The notes below the pieces were generated by a model. It saw only the letters and a list, made by a program, of their open reading frames with translations, had not been told where the DNA came from and did not search any database. The translations under genes were made by a program, and so were the position numbers. A stretch of 63,934 nt of DNA, counting the filler, from an uncultured Methanosarcinales archaeon (GTDB lineage Archaea; Nanobdellota; Nanobdellia; Woesearchaeales; CAZKBD01): assembly GCA_964550945.1 (NCBI GenBank). It is 13 parts of 13 records of this genome, joined end to end, with 100 filler letters (N's around TTAATTAATTAA, not from the genome) between each part and the next. Parts side by side here need not be neighbours in the genome. Positions count along the whole stretch, not along the records: positions 37,068 to 42,002 come from CAZKBD010000113.1; positions 42,103 to 47,024 come from CAZKBD010000114.1; positions 47,125 to 51,893 come from CAZKBD010000115.1; 10 more parts are not named here. One strand, 5' to 3'. Numbering within the stretch: position 1 is the first letter of the stretch; every line of letters starts with the position of its first letter. Below are positions 40,550-51,993 of this stretch, piece after piece.

Positions 40550-42002
40550 ATGCGCATCTTTAAGTTAGCAAGGCACATGAAATATAGCAAGGTATTATAT
40601 TTCGGAATTTCGTTTTTGTTCTTTAGTATTTATGCTAATGCGCTATTTACTTCTGCCAACACAAGACCAACAGCAGATGCAGGCGCTGACAGGACATTCA
40701 ATGTAGGTGAAGAAATAAGGCTTCAAGGCTCTGGTACAGATTTAGACAAAGATCCTTTAACTTTTGCATGGGCAATTGTTTTTAAACCAGCTGGCAGCAA
40801 AACAATACTTCCAAACAATAACATACCTAACCCCTCTTTCATACCAGATTTAGAAGGGGATTATATGTTTAACCTAAAAGTTAATGATGGGCAAGTAAAT
40901 TCTTTACCCGATACAGTATTGTTTACAACAAAAACCCTTTCGCCAGAGAACAATAAGCCCACAGCAGATGCAGGCGCTGACAGGACTGTTAATGCAGGAG
41001 AGGATGTAGAGCTGCAAGGATTAGGATTGGATTTAGACAAAGATACAATAACTTTTAAATGGTTAATCCTAAGCAAGCCAGAAAACAGCAAGGCTTCTTT
41101 ATCAAACCAGACAGCGCAAAACCCCAAATTCACACCAGATATTGCTGGGTTTTATGCTGTCCAGCTGGTTACAAATGATGGCAAGGAAAATAGCGAGCCA
41201 GATGCTGTGATTATTAGCGTGGCAGAATCTAGTGGAGAGTGTATAGATGGAACTTGTGATTTAAATGCAAAGCAATTGTGCAAGAGTGGAATGTTTATTT
41301 CTGAGGGTTATTGTGAGTATTGCGGGAATAAAGATAAAAGCTGTTTAGGCAGAATTGGAAGTTCTTGCGCATATGATTTAGACTGCGACAGCGAATTCTG
41401 CTTCCGCAACAAATGTGCAGAACCAACATGTGATGACACAGCATTAAATGGCGATGAATCAGATATAGACTGTGGCGGGGTATGTAAAAACAAATGTAAA
41501 AAGGGGCAAGATTGCAGCATTGATGAAGATTGTGAATATGGTCTAGTGTGTGTTTCTCAAATATGCACAGAAACAAAACCTGGCAAAGGAGCAATACCAG
41601 ATTCTGACAAAGACGGAATTCCAGACGAATGGGAATCAGAGCATGGATTAGACACATATGACCCATCAGATGCAGAGCTAGATTTTGATAAGGATGGATT
41701 GGCTAATCTGCAGGAATACACTTTTAGAACAAATCCAAGAAATGCTGATAGCGATAGAGATGGAATGAGCGATAAAGAAGAAGTAGAAAAAGGCACAAAT
41801 CCACTGGGCCAAGCAAGCAAGCCCGGAGGAGTTATAGGAACATTATTTCTTATTGTTATTTTAATAATTGTATTTGGGGCTGGCACTTATGGCTTCTATT
41901 ATTTTAAAGATTATTTTATCAAGCCTAAGGCAAAAACTCCAAGTGTATGTATTGCGCCAAGGCGTACAGCACGAAGACTTCTCTCTCCAGAAGAAAAAAT
42001 AA
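40550..42002 (+). CDS. Membrane-anchored surface protein: 2 PKD/Ig-like domains, Cys-rich region, TSP3-like Ca-binding repeats (3' partial)
   Basis: PTADAGADRT twice, ESDIDCGG, DSDKDGIPDEWE repeats, C-terminal TM helix. Confidence 0.8.
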
Positions 42003-42102
42003 NNNNNNNNNNNNNNNNNNNNNNNNNNNNNNNNNNNNNNNNNNNNTTAATTAATTAANNNNNNNNNNNNNNNNNNNNNNNNNNNNNNNNNNNNNNNNNN
42101 NN

Positions 42103-44133
42103 AGCATTGCAAGTTCCTACAGTGCATGTTCCTTTTAGAACAATATTGCCATAATCATCAAAATAAGCTACATTTGATCCAGAATCATTCTGAATTATAA
42201 ATGAAGGATTCATTACTATGTTCTTTTGTGCTATACCTCCTTCTATCCACGTAAATGATCCTGCTTCAAGTTCATTTACTTTAATTACAACGGTGTCTCC
42301 TTCTTTACCTCCCTCTATAGTCTGATTGGTGGCAGTATTGTCAGGACCAACGATCAGGTTATAATAATCATTAATAGTTGTTGCATTAGCAACATTTGCA
42401 TTATTAATGAAAGCCTCGATTAAGGTTCCGTTTTCAGCAGCTTTATTATTTATGATTAAAGTTCCAAAACGTTCTGCGTTTTTATTTGGAATAGGATTAG
42501 AACTACTTTCATTGCCAACAGGAGAAGTAATGTTTTTAAAATGAGTTCTGTTAAAAATCCAGCTCGAATTACTTTCGACTTTAAACCAATATCCAAAACT
42601 AGGAGTAAAATAATTTAAAGTATTCAAGAATGGAGGTCTTTCTGGGTTGTATGATTTCCATTCATCTCCAACATCAGAAGTGTTGTATTGAAATATTACT
42701 TCAATAGTATCACTTACATTTTCAGTGCTCTCATTTACAGGCATGGTTATATTTGAAGGATATCCCATTAAATTCCAACCCTGAATTAAATTAAAGGTAG
42801 CGTTGTCTGGAATTATTTCATTAAATTCTAATTCTCCATATTTATCAATCTCGATCCAATAACCATATTCTGGCTCCAGTTTAGTTAAACTGTTAAATGG
42901 TCGGTAAGGAGTGTATGATATCCATTGATTATTTGAGGAAGTATATTCCCAAACAGAGTTATAGCTGCAATTGAAAGAGGATAAAGCATTTGGCAATGTT
43001 TTATTTTCAAGTATAGGAACAGATATTAATTCCCATTTTTGCGTATAGCAGCTGCCAGGAACACTTGCTAACTCATAAAAGGCAGGCTTTGGTTGAAAAG
43101 TTTCATCCCAGATTAATGCATCACCATAACCGGGGTATGTGCCATTTATCCATGAATATTTATCGGTAAAACCCCAAGTCACAAAAGCAGTGCAATTTTC
43201 AACAGCCAAACACGCTTCCAATACTGTTCTGTAAACGTCTGCTTGTCTATCCAGTTCGCTTTGTGAAGTACCATCAGATATCTTAATTTTTACATCTAAC
43301 TCCGTAATGTGAATTTCTAAGCCCAAATCTTGGAGCTCTTCAAACCTGTTAATTAAAACACTTTTTGACAGATAGCTATTTGCCATCCAGTTTTCAGCAA
43401 CATGCATCTGAAAACCAACACCATGTATTGGAACACATTGATTTTGCAAGTCTTTAACTAAAAGAACAGTTGCATTAAATCTTTGCTCTCCCCATGGTTC
43501 ATCTACTTCAATCGAATAGTCATTATAGAAAAGTTTTGCATCAGGATCTGCCTCATGAGTCCAATTGAATGATTTGGCAATATAATTTGTAACATTTTTC
43601 CAAATATTAAACGCATCCTCTTGACCTTGACAGCTTGTTGTGTTCATTATATTAAAACTCGTTCCATTTTGACAGTTAGAAAGTGCCTCATTGACAACAT
43701 CCCACGCAATAACACGCCCAGGATATTGGTTTTTAAAATGGCTTACTGTGGTGTTTATATGACCCTTTAGGATGTCTTCTAATTCTGACTCATTCCAGCT
43801 TTCATTAATCCAGATTGGAATTCGCTGATGCCAAACAAGCGTATGGCCTCTAACTTCCAAATTACGGTCTTCAGCAAAATCAACTATATAATCTGCTTTG
43901 GTAAAATTATAAACTTCTTGAGCTGGATGAATAATATCCAATTTCATCTCATTCTCTGGAGTGATAATATCAAATTTACATGCAATCATATCTTTGTAAG
44001 TAAGATCATTCTTTAGTGGGTTATAAGCAACTTCAGTACCACAGAGCAATCCATTTACTGAAGAGATTAATAATAAAGAAAATATAGCCAACAGAATAAT
44101 ATTCCTAATCCACCTAATCATAAAACAAAACAT
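42103..44133 (-). CDS. Secreted GH10 endo-1,4-beta-xylanase-family protein with C-terminal accessory domains (3' partial)
   Basis: TPENEMK, RGHTLVWH, WDVVNEA, LFYNDY, GFQMH, ITELDV and WGFTDKYSW motifs; signal peptide. Confidence 0.92.
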
Positions 44134-44243
44134 TCACCACCCTCTTTTTTTCAGATAATAAGAAGTTATAGGTGTATAAGGTATATAAACATTATTCTTT
44201 TTTGTTGATTGGGGGGTATATCAACTGTGCTTTAAGGGTATGA

Positions 44244-46796
44244 TTAGTTAAGAATCTCCGTTTGACTTTTTCTATTTCCTGCGTAAAGAGCCATACCCAT
44301 TAATAGCATTATAAAAGGGTCTCCTGAACTTCCAGAAGAAGTGCTTGCATTGCTTGTTAACATTTTCGCAGTTCCTACATAACCAGTATCTGGTGCGCTA
44401 ATTTGACCTTCTCCACACCCATCACTCGCTCCTCTAACCCAGTATGCATAAACAACATTAGTTGTTGTGTCACCTCTACAGCCACTGCCTGGCGTAACTA
44501 TTGGCGGTTCTGCTGTTGTATCTGTATAACTTGTTCCATGTAGCCCGGATATTATTGAAACAGCATCTGCAAGATTATCTGTGCTGCTTCTATAGATTGT
44601 ATATGCATCAGCACCATCAGCACGATTCCAGCTTATATTAACAGCATTCTGATTAGTGCCATCACTGGCATTAACACCTGTGACAACATTTGGCACTTGG
44701 CAAAGGACAGAGCCTTGGTCTGATGAGCTATACGGGCTAGTGCCGCAAACATTCTCAGCACTGACAAAATAATTATAGCCAGTCAATACCTGAGCAGTTG
44801 GGTCTGTAAATGAAGTTATGCCAGATGCTAAAACACCGCTGATCGCAGCAGCATCTGCAGGATTGCTTGATAAACCCCTGTAAACCCGATAATTATTTGC
44901 CCCTTCCACTTCTGGAGAAGCATTCCAAGTTACCTCAACCATATCTGCGAGATTATCAGTGGCATTAACATTTGCAGGAGCAGCTGGAACCTGGCACAAA
45001 ACAGAGCCTTGGTCTGGCGAGCTGAAATCACCAACAACACAACCATTTCTAGCAACAATCCAATAATTGTAAACCTCACCAGAAGCTGCTGTCGTATCTG
45101 TAAACCTAGTTTCAGCAAGCCAATCACTAATGGCACTAGCCTGTGCATGATTATTTGATGTGCTTCTGTAAACAAGATAATCCGTAGCGCCAAAAGAAGA
45201 CGCCCATGTTACATTAACTACATCCTCAATATTAGCAGTAGCAGAAACATTTGCAGTAATATCTGGCTTATCACATACTAATGGATCAGTTCCATGTCCT
45301 ATTTCATATCCGTCTGTACGATAATCATTATCTGTATCAGCATTATGGGGATCAGTGCCAAAAAGCAATTCTCTGTGATCATCTAGGCCATCTCCATCCC
45401 AATCTGTATGAACATAGAACTCGTCTGCACCAATGTCAAAGTCAGAGCCATCTCCTCTAAGTTCTAAAGTGCCATCATAAGGCCTAAAGTCTCCTTCAAA
45501 ATCCTCAGTTAAGCCATCAATATACTGGCCAGCATCAATGCATGGAGAAGTTGGTAGTAAATGGTAATCGCCATTTTCAGGGTCAACGAATTGTGGATAA
45601 ATGTTGATGTTACCTTCGCCTTGCCAACCTCCATCTGTATTTGAATATGTTAAAATTTCACTAGGTTTATTGTTGGGTGTGTTGTTCCAGAATATGCTGT
45701 TAATCACTGTGGGCGAAGAATACGAGTTGTATATCGCACCTCCATATGAATCCGTATATTCACTATCAGCCGAATTATCTGTAAAAGTACAGTTAATCAC
45801 TGTGGGCGAAGAACCTAAGTTGTATATCGCACCGCCACAAGTATAACCCAAGTAGTAATTGTGGGCAATATTGTTACTAAACATGCAGTTGATTATCATC
45901 AGATTATGAGAGGATTCGATGTACATCCCACCTCCGTTATTTGATTTATTATTCTCAAATCTACAATTGGTTATTATTGTGTCAGAGGAATTGGTATATA
46001 TCCCACCTCCAAAATTCCCAAAATTATCCAAAAATAAGCAGTTGCTTATTATTGGTGTAGACTGGATGTTGTAAATTCCGCAACCTCTACCGCCTACATT
46101 GTTCTCAAATATACTGTTAGTTATTGTGGGCGAGGAAGATTTATTATACATCCCCGCACCGTAGGGTAGATCATACTTCCCTAGGCCATAACTAGCGCTG
46201 TTACCAATAAATTTACAATTAGTTACAATAGGTGAAGACGATTCATTATACATTCCACCTCCCTTCCCACCGTGCGGATACTCGTTCCAACCATTCCTAA
46301 CAACAAACCCATCTAAAGTTGCATCTGCGCCGATTACACACCTTCTTGTGTTTTCACCATCAATAATAGTCTCGTGATCATTCCAATTTCGCTGGCTTAA
46401 AAGAGTTTCTAAGCCACCTTCACCAATGCCAATGAAACCGCCAAACAAGTGCACGTTCTCCTTCATCACAACCACTGGATCATTAGAAGATGTGTAAACT
46501 CCTTCGCCAACCCATACTTCACTACTGCCATTAGTATAAGCAGTGTCAACAGCTTGTTGAATATCTGTGAATGCAGTCTGCCATGCAGCGCCATCCCATG
46601 GTCCAGAATTATTGTCTTTATCTACATAAACAACTGGGTTATTATCTTCTTGTGCATTTTTATTATCAGAATTTGCAAAAGAGGTATAACCAACCAGGTA
46701 TACTATAGCAGCAGCGCTTGTTAGAATTCTTACTGATTTATTGGCTATTGCTCTAAAAAAGCTTCTCCCTAATCTGCCTTCTAGATTATTCTTCAT
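44244..46796 (-). CDS. Secreted beta-helix (GGAI/Pmp-like) + TSP3-like + FN3-like repeat protein
   Basis: GGGMY/GGAIY repeats, DYHLLPTSPCIDAG, DIGADEF, DWDGDGLDD, three FN3-like units and a hydrophobic C-terminal tail. Confidence 0.8.
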   Translation of the reverse strand: MKNNLEGRLGRSFFRAIANKSVRILTSAAAIVYLVGYTSFANSDNKNAQEDNNPVVYVDKDNNSGPWDGAAWQTAFTDIQQAVDTAYTNGSSEVWVGEGVYTSSNDPVVVMKENVHLFGGFIGIGEGGLETLLSQRNWNDHETIIDGENTRRCVIGADATLDGFVVRNGWNEYPHGGKGGGMYNESSSPIVTNCKFIGNSASYGLGKYDLPYGAGMYNKSSSPTITNSIFENNVGGRGCGIYNIQSTPIISNCLFLDNFGNFGGGIYTNSSDTIITNCRFENNKSNNGGGMYIESSHNLMIINCMFSNNIAHNYYLGYTCGGAIYNLGSSPTVINCTFTDNSADSEYTDSYGGAIYNSYSSPTVINSIFWNNTPNNKPSEILTYSNTDGGWQGEGNINIYPQFVDPENGDYHLLPTSPCIDAGQYIDGLTEDFEGDFRPYDGTLELRGDGSDFDIGADEFYVHTDWDGDGLDDHRELLFGTDPHNADTDNDYRTDGYEIGHGTDPLVCDKPDITANVSATANIEDVVNVTWASSFGATDYLVYRSTSNNHAQASAISDWLAETRFTDTTAASGEVYNYWIVARNGCVVGDFSSPDQGSVLCQVPAAPANVNATDNLADMVEVTWNASPEVEGANNYRVYRGLSSNPADAAAISGVLASGITSFTDPTAQVLTGYNYFVSAENVCGTSPYSSSDQGSVLCQVPNVVTGVNASDGTNQNAVNISWNRADGADAYTIYRSSTDNLADAVSIISGLHGTSYTDTTAEPPIVTPGSGCRGDTTTNVVYAYWVRGASDGCGEGQISAPDTGYVGTAKMLTSNASTSSGSSGDPFIMLLMGMALYAGNRKSQTEILN

Positions 46797-46972
46797 TTAA
46801 CAGTCACAACTAATTAAGAATCTAAATGTCTATATAAGTTTTTCCATTTATCGACAATATATAGGCCAAAGATTGATTTAGGACTCTGAAGAACAATTGT
46901 TTAGTTTTGATTTATGTCAAATCTACTCCATATGTTAATCGTAGCATTATCAATAAATTCATTTTTTTCCTA

Positions 46973-47024
46973 AATCCCGCCAAGAGTTCGTCATGGTCTG
47001 AAAGACCTGACGGTGAATTGGCGG
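46973..47024. mobile_element. End of a repeated hairpin element, copy 2
   Basis: 49 bp identical to 31854-31902, extended by CGG; folds as CCGCCAA...TTGGCGG with an inner GGTCT-GAA-AGACC; located at a contig end. Confidence 0.75.
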
Positions 47025-47405
47025 NNNNNNNNNNNNNNNNNNNNNNNNNNNNNNNNNNNNNNNNNNNNTTAATTAATTAANNNNNNNNNNNNNNNNNNNN
47101 NNNNNNNNNNNNNNNNNNNNNNNNTTCTGTGACTAAATTTCTAACATACCACCATGTCTATTGACTGGTGGTTCTTGATGTTCTGCCAGCTTGCTCGAGA
47201 ATATCAAGTAAAGTTCCTCTATGCTCTGCATTGTACAGGGTGGTTTTTTGAGGCATTTCAATCAGTCGAGATAACAACCAGGTATATAAACTTTTTGTTA
47301 ATTTAACTACTATTTAATAATAAATTAATTTTTCGGCTTAATATACAATAATCACGAAACACATTTAAATAGCTAATCCCCATTGAATATATCTTCCACT
47401 AGTGA

Positions 47406-50400
47406 TTAAACTTTCTCAAGAAATATCTCAAATTCTTTTCCTTTAACTTTCTCTTTAGTGCTGAACTTGTGCTTTTTGCTTGGGTCTGTTCCAGACAGCC
47501 GTAATACTTTAGCGCCGACCTTCTCCTGGATCTGGCTTTCCCATTTCTTGAGTGTTTCAACCAGCTCCAAATCAGCTTTAACAAACAGGTTAATCCTGTC
47601 TTTCTTCTCCAGGCCTGCTTCTTTCCTCAATGACTGCACTCTCCTTATCAGCTCTCTTGAAAAGCCCTCTGCTTCTAATTCATCATCCATGCTTTTATTG
47701 AGGTATAACAACCCATTTCTAAAGCTGGATTCTATATAAGGAGGAGGGACCTCTCTTGTGACGATAAGATGCTCTTTAACAATCGCTATTTTTTTTCCGT
47801 CAATTGTTATCTCATATTTGCCTTCTTTATTCAGGTGATTTATTATTGTTTCAGGGCTTTCAATTGCAATCTTAGATATTATCTTAGGAGCATCCTTGCC
47901 AAAGTCAGGGCCAAGCTGCTTGAAATCAGCCCTAATATTGAATTTAGCCCCTTCTAATTTTTCCTGCACTTTTATTTCTTTGATATTTATCTGGGTTTTT
48001 AATGTTGTTTCAAGCTTTTCGACTGCCTTAGCAACATTTTTGTCTTCGGTAACTATAATAATCTCTCTTAATGGCCATCTTATGCCTAATTGTATCTTTT
48101 CACGGGCGCTTAAAGCAGACTGTACAATCGAATTGATGATAGAGAAATTATTTTCAAGCTCTTCATCAATTCTTTTTACATCAACAGAAGGCCAATTTGC
48201 CAGATGAATGCTTTCATCTTTCAGGTCAAAAGCATGCTTCAAATTTAGGAACATCTTTTCTGTTATAAACGGGCTTACTGGGCTGAGTAATCTCAAGGTG
48301 TCCATCAAAACATTATATATTGTAGACAAAATCACCTTTTTTTCTTTTTCAGTTCCTGTTGCTAACCTGTCCCTTATCAGCTGGATGTATGTTCTTGACA
48401 GCTCTAAATACAGCTCTTCTACTGCAGGAGGTATCTCATTCAGCTTGTATTCTTCAAACAATTTCGTAATTTTTTCAATTGTTGAATTTAATTTTGATAG
48501 CATATACTTTTCTTCTAAAGAGAACTCATTAGCTTTAAGGTGAGCTGGATTGATATTTGATGCGTTAGCCAGGTCTATAAGATATTTATGTATATTCCAA
48601 AGCACCATCAGGTTTTTGTGCTTAACCTTCATGTCTTCAAAATTGTAATTGATATCTAAGCCAGGATTTGCGCCGCCTATCATATAATACCTTAAAGTGT
48701 CAGCTCCGAATTTATCAATCACTTCATAAGGAGAGATTATATTGCCTAAGGATTTAGACATCTTTCTTCCTTGGGAGTCCTGGACAAAACCATGCATATA
48801 AACAGCTTTGTAGCTGTGCTTTTGCATGCTGACCATTGAAGCAACTAAAAGAAGATTAAACCAGCCCCTGATCTGGTCTTTTCCTTCAAGTATAAACTCA
48901 GCGGGCCATAATTTTTTGAATAAATCATCCCTTTGAGGATAATCCAGGCATGTCCAGCTCGTAGTTCCTGCGTCAATCCAGACATCTAATATATCCGGAA
49001 TTCTGCTCATAACTCCATTGCATTTTTCGCATTTGAATAGCACTTCATCAATATAAGGCCTGTGCAAGTCTTCTGGAACATCTTTTGCGTATTTTTTCAG
49101 CTCTTTTACAGAGCCAATGACAACATAATTGTCGCATTCATTGCATCTCCAGATCGGAACTGGGGTGCCCCAAACCCTTTGCCTTGTGATTCCATTATCC
49201 CTAAGATTATTAAGCCATGAATCAAACCAGCTTGAGCCTGCCCAGTCTGGCTGCCAGAAAACTTTCTGGTTTAATTTACGCATATCCTCGATTAAATCTT
49301 CCACTTTGAAGAACCATTGCTTTGTTGTCCTGAAAACAACTGGCTTTCTGCATCTCCAGCAATGCGCATATTCATGCTCAACCTCAGTTGTTGCAATTAA
49401 GTTTGCTCCTAATGCTTCTACAAATTTCTTATCGTCTTTTCTAGCTGTCAAATCCATGAACTTGCCCATTGTTTCAGGGAAAATGCCTTCTTCGCTTATA
49501 TTATTGAAAGCAGGCAAGCCTTCTCTATGGCCAACTTCATAATCCTCTGGCCCGCATCCAGGAGCGCAATGAACCAATCCAGTTCCAGCGCTTAAATCAA
49601 CATATTCTTCAGAAAGAATTACAGTATGCAGCTTATTTGATCTTATTTCGTGGAATGGTATTTCATTTTCCCATGGATGAACATATTTCAATCCTTTTAG
49701 AGCAGCTCCTTTGAATTCTTCAATAATCTCAAATTTTTTATTTACAACACCCTGAATAAAAACTGCTGCCAATCCTTTAGCAACAATCCAAAACTCATTG
49801 TCAACCTTTACCTTTAAGTATTCCAGCTCAGGATGGACCATCACAGCTAAATTAAATGCCAATGTCCATGGCGTTGTTGTCCAAATAACCAGATATTCAT
49901 CTTTTTTTCCTGCAATTTTGAATTTTACAAATATGCTTTGATCTGTTATATTCTTGTATTCAAGCTCGTGTTTTGCTAAAGCTGTAGCGCAATGAGTGCA
50001 CCACTGCATTGTTTTCTTTCCTTCATACAATCTTTTGTTTTCATGGGCTTTTTTGATTAACCACCACTCGCCTTCCATGAAGCTGTTTTCTATTGATTTG
50101 TAAGGATTCTTGAAATCCATCCAGATGCCAAGCCTTGTAAAGTCCTTGTTCATCATCTCCATGTTGTCTATGGATAATTTTTTACATTCTTTTATGAATT
50201 TTTCAACTCCAAATTTCGGGATATCATCTTTGGACTTTAGCTTCAACTTATCCATTGTCTTGTTTTCAGTCGGCAATCCATGCATGTCATAGCCTGCCCT
50301 GTCCCAAACATCAAAGCCCTGCATTCTCTTGTATCTCAATACAGAATCTTTTAATGATTTATTCCAGGCAATGCCTAAATGGATCTTTCCAGAAGTGTAT

Positions 50401-50531
50401 GGGGGGCCGTCTAGAAAATAGAAGCTTTTTTTCCCTTTGTTCTTTTCCTTTGCTTTTGGGTATATCTTATTTTTTTCCCAAAAATCAAGGATTTCCTTTT
50501 CTATTTCGATTAAGTTAAACTCGCTGCCCAT
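47406..50531 (-). CDS. ileS: Isoleucyl-tRNA synthetase (archaeal type)
   Basis: DGPPY...HLG (HIGH), WTTTPWT, GTGLVH, EGKDQIRGWF and KMSKS motifs. Confidence 0.97.
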   Translation of the reverse strand: MGSEFNLIEIEKEILDFWEKNKIYPKAKEKNKGKKSFYFLDGPPYTSGKIHLGIAWNKSLKDSVLRYKRMQGFDVWDRAGYDMHGLPTENKTMDKLKLKSKDDIPKFGVEKFIKECKKLSIDNMEMMNKDFTRLGIWMDFKNPYKSIENSFMEGEWWLIKKAHENKRLYEGKKTMQWCTHCATALAKHELEYKNITDQSIFVKFKIAGKKDEYLVIWTTTPWTLAFNLAVMVHPELEYLKVKVDNEFWIVAKGLAAVFIQGVVNKKFEIIEEFKGAALKGLKYVHPWENEIPFHEIRSNKLHTVILSEEYVDLSAGTGLVHCAPGCGPEDYEVGHREGLPAFNNISEEGIFPETMGKFMDLTARKDDKKFVEALGANLIATTEVEHEYAHCWRCRKPVVFRTTKQWFFKVEDLIEDMRKLNQKVFWQPDWAGSSWFDSWLNNLRDNGITRQRVWGTPVPIWRCNECDNYVVIGSVKELKKYAKDVPEDLHRPYIDEVLFKCEKCNGVMSRIPDILDVWIDAGTTSWTCLDYPQRDDLFKKLWPAEFILEGKDQIRGWFNLLLVASMVSMQKHSYKAVYMHGFVQDSQGRKMSKSLGNIISPYEVIDKFGADTLRYYMIGGANPGLDINYNFEDMKVKHKNLMVLWNIHKYLIDLANASNINPAHLKANEFSLEEKYMLSKLNSTIEKITKLFEEYKLNEIPPAVEELYLELSRTYIQLIRDRLATGTEKEKKVILSTIYNVLMDTLRLLSPVSPFITEKMFLNLKHAFDLKDESIHLANWPSVDVKRIDEELENNFSIINSIVQSALSAREKIQLGIRWPLREIIIVTEDKNVAKAVEKLETTLKTQINIKEIKVQEKLEGAKFNIRADFKQLGPDFGKDAPKIISKIAIESPETIINHLNKEGKYEITIDGKKIAIVKEHLIVTREVPPPYIESSFRNGLLYLNKSMDDELEAEGFSRELIRRVQSLRKEAGLEKKDRINLFVKADLELVETLKKWESQIQEKVGAKVLRLSGTDPSKKHKFSTKEKVKGKEFEIFLEKV

Positions 50532-50602
50532 TTTATCAAAAAGAAGAAGGGTGAAGTTTAAAAAGATTATGATATTTTAAGAAATAAAAAAGAAAATTAA
50601 GC

Positions 50603-51760
50603 TTACCTGTCTGCTTTCATTGTTCTAGCCCATGCTTCATGGACTCCAGAAGGGATAGCCTGGACAAGCGCTCCGTACATGCCTGCATGATGTATAGGTG
50701 TTTGCTCTACAATAATGCCAGCTGGATGGAAATTGCTCTGGCCCATTGATTCAGTGACTTTTTGAGCAATCATTCTTACATATCCTGGATTGTTTAAAGC
50801 AACGCTGTCTCCCAGCCCAAACCTGTCTGCACCTGTAATCTGAGCAGCATAAGCAATTGAATCAGCAACTGCTCTGGCTCCCAAATCAACAACCCATTTA
50901 GCAAAAGGATCTCCTGCATTAGCTGCTTCCATCACGGCTTTTGAATCAATATTATTATTCCCTTTCAATGAAGAATTATACACTGCTAGGCTTAAATGAC
51001 TGCTTCCTTCTGGCTTACCTATGGTTCTTTGAATTTCTTCTATAGCATCCATTTCGCTTAATCTATACCCATCCATCAATAGTTTTGCTGTTTCAGCTAA
51101 CCCTCTTCCAGAGCCATAATTTTCACCGCAGCTTGTCTTTGGAGCTTTGCTGCAACCGCATGGCTGCATAAGCGCTTCTGGGATAAATCCCATTGGCAGA
51201 TGGCCAATCTCTAATAATATTGGATATGCGCAGCCTCCACCAAAACCAGTGCCTAGAACAATATACGCTGTCTTTAGCGGATCAACTCTTTGCACATATT
51301 GATAGGTTAATGCTTGGGCATCAAAAGAGGCTTCTGCATCATTTTTTGCTTTGAAAGAATCTCTGTCTCTTATCTGAGGATCAATAGCTATTCCTTTACC
51401 ATCTGGAGTATCAACAGCAAACCTAATAGGGGTGTTTCCACCAATTACATAGCAAGTTCCTTTGGATTGCCATGTTTTTCCGGCAAAACTTGCTCCGATA
51501 CCAAAAAAGGAGTTTACATGATGGTCTGCCATAAATTTATCAATAGTCTGCCTTACATATTTAGATGCTCTCTCTCCGATTGGCGTATCTTGTAAAACTG
51601 TGTCAAGAAATACTTCTGGTTCGCCAGAATGAAGTTCATTTCCAGTCCTTCTAAAAGGGCTGTCATACGTATCTTCAAACAAAATCCTGCCTGTCTCCAA
51701 TTCTGCAGCAGCAAGAGTCAAATTTGTTGCGTGAAGCGTCATACCAATTACATGATCCAT
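50603..51760 (-). CDS. ROK-family sugar kinase-like protein (divergent)
   Basis: KNDA, LGTGFGGG, EIGH and CGC...CGE motifs; GGAGG SD before ATG 51760. Confidence 0.8.
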   Translation of the reverse strand: MDHVIGMTLHATNLTLAAAELETGRILFEDTYDSPFRRTGNELHSGEPEVFLDTVLQDTPIGERASKYVRQTIDKFMADHHVNSFFGIGASFAGKTWQSKGTCYVIGGNTPIRFAVDTPDGKGIAIDPQIRDRDSFKAKNDAEASFDAQALTYQYVQRVDPLKTAYIVLGTGFGGGCAYPILLEIGHLPMGFIPEALMQPCGCSKAPKTSCGENYGSGRGLAETAKLLMDGYRLSEMDAIEEIQRTIGKPEGSSHLSLAVYNSSLKGNNNIDSKAVMEAANAGDPFAKWVVDLGARAVADSIAYAAQITGADRFGLGDSVALNNPGYVRMIAQKVTESMGQSNFHPAGIIVEQTPIHHAGMYGALVQAIPSGVHEAWARTMKADR

Positions 51761-51993
51761 TTTTTTTGCCTCCAAATAATTTTATTCGAATGGGATTATA
51801 ACATTGTTTAAATAATTTTCTTTTATCACTATTTTAAAATTGTTCAATTTGATAATTAGTTTACACATTTAATAATCAGCCAAAATTCCCTGCNNNNNNN
51901 NNNNNNNNNNNNNNNNNNNNNNNNNNNNNNNNNNNNNTTAATTAATTAANNNNNNNNNNNNNNNNNNNNNNNNNNNNNNNNNNNNNNNNNNNN

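Noticed and set aside
47125..47256. Short minus-strand ORF with an in-frame TAG, suggesting stop-codon readthrough
   Set aside because: Too short and cut by a linker. Full-length genes in the window end in TAA, TAG and TGA normally, so there is no sign of recoding.
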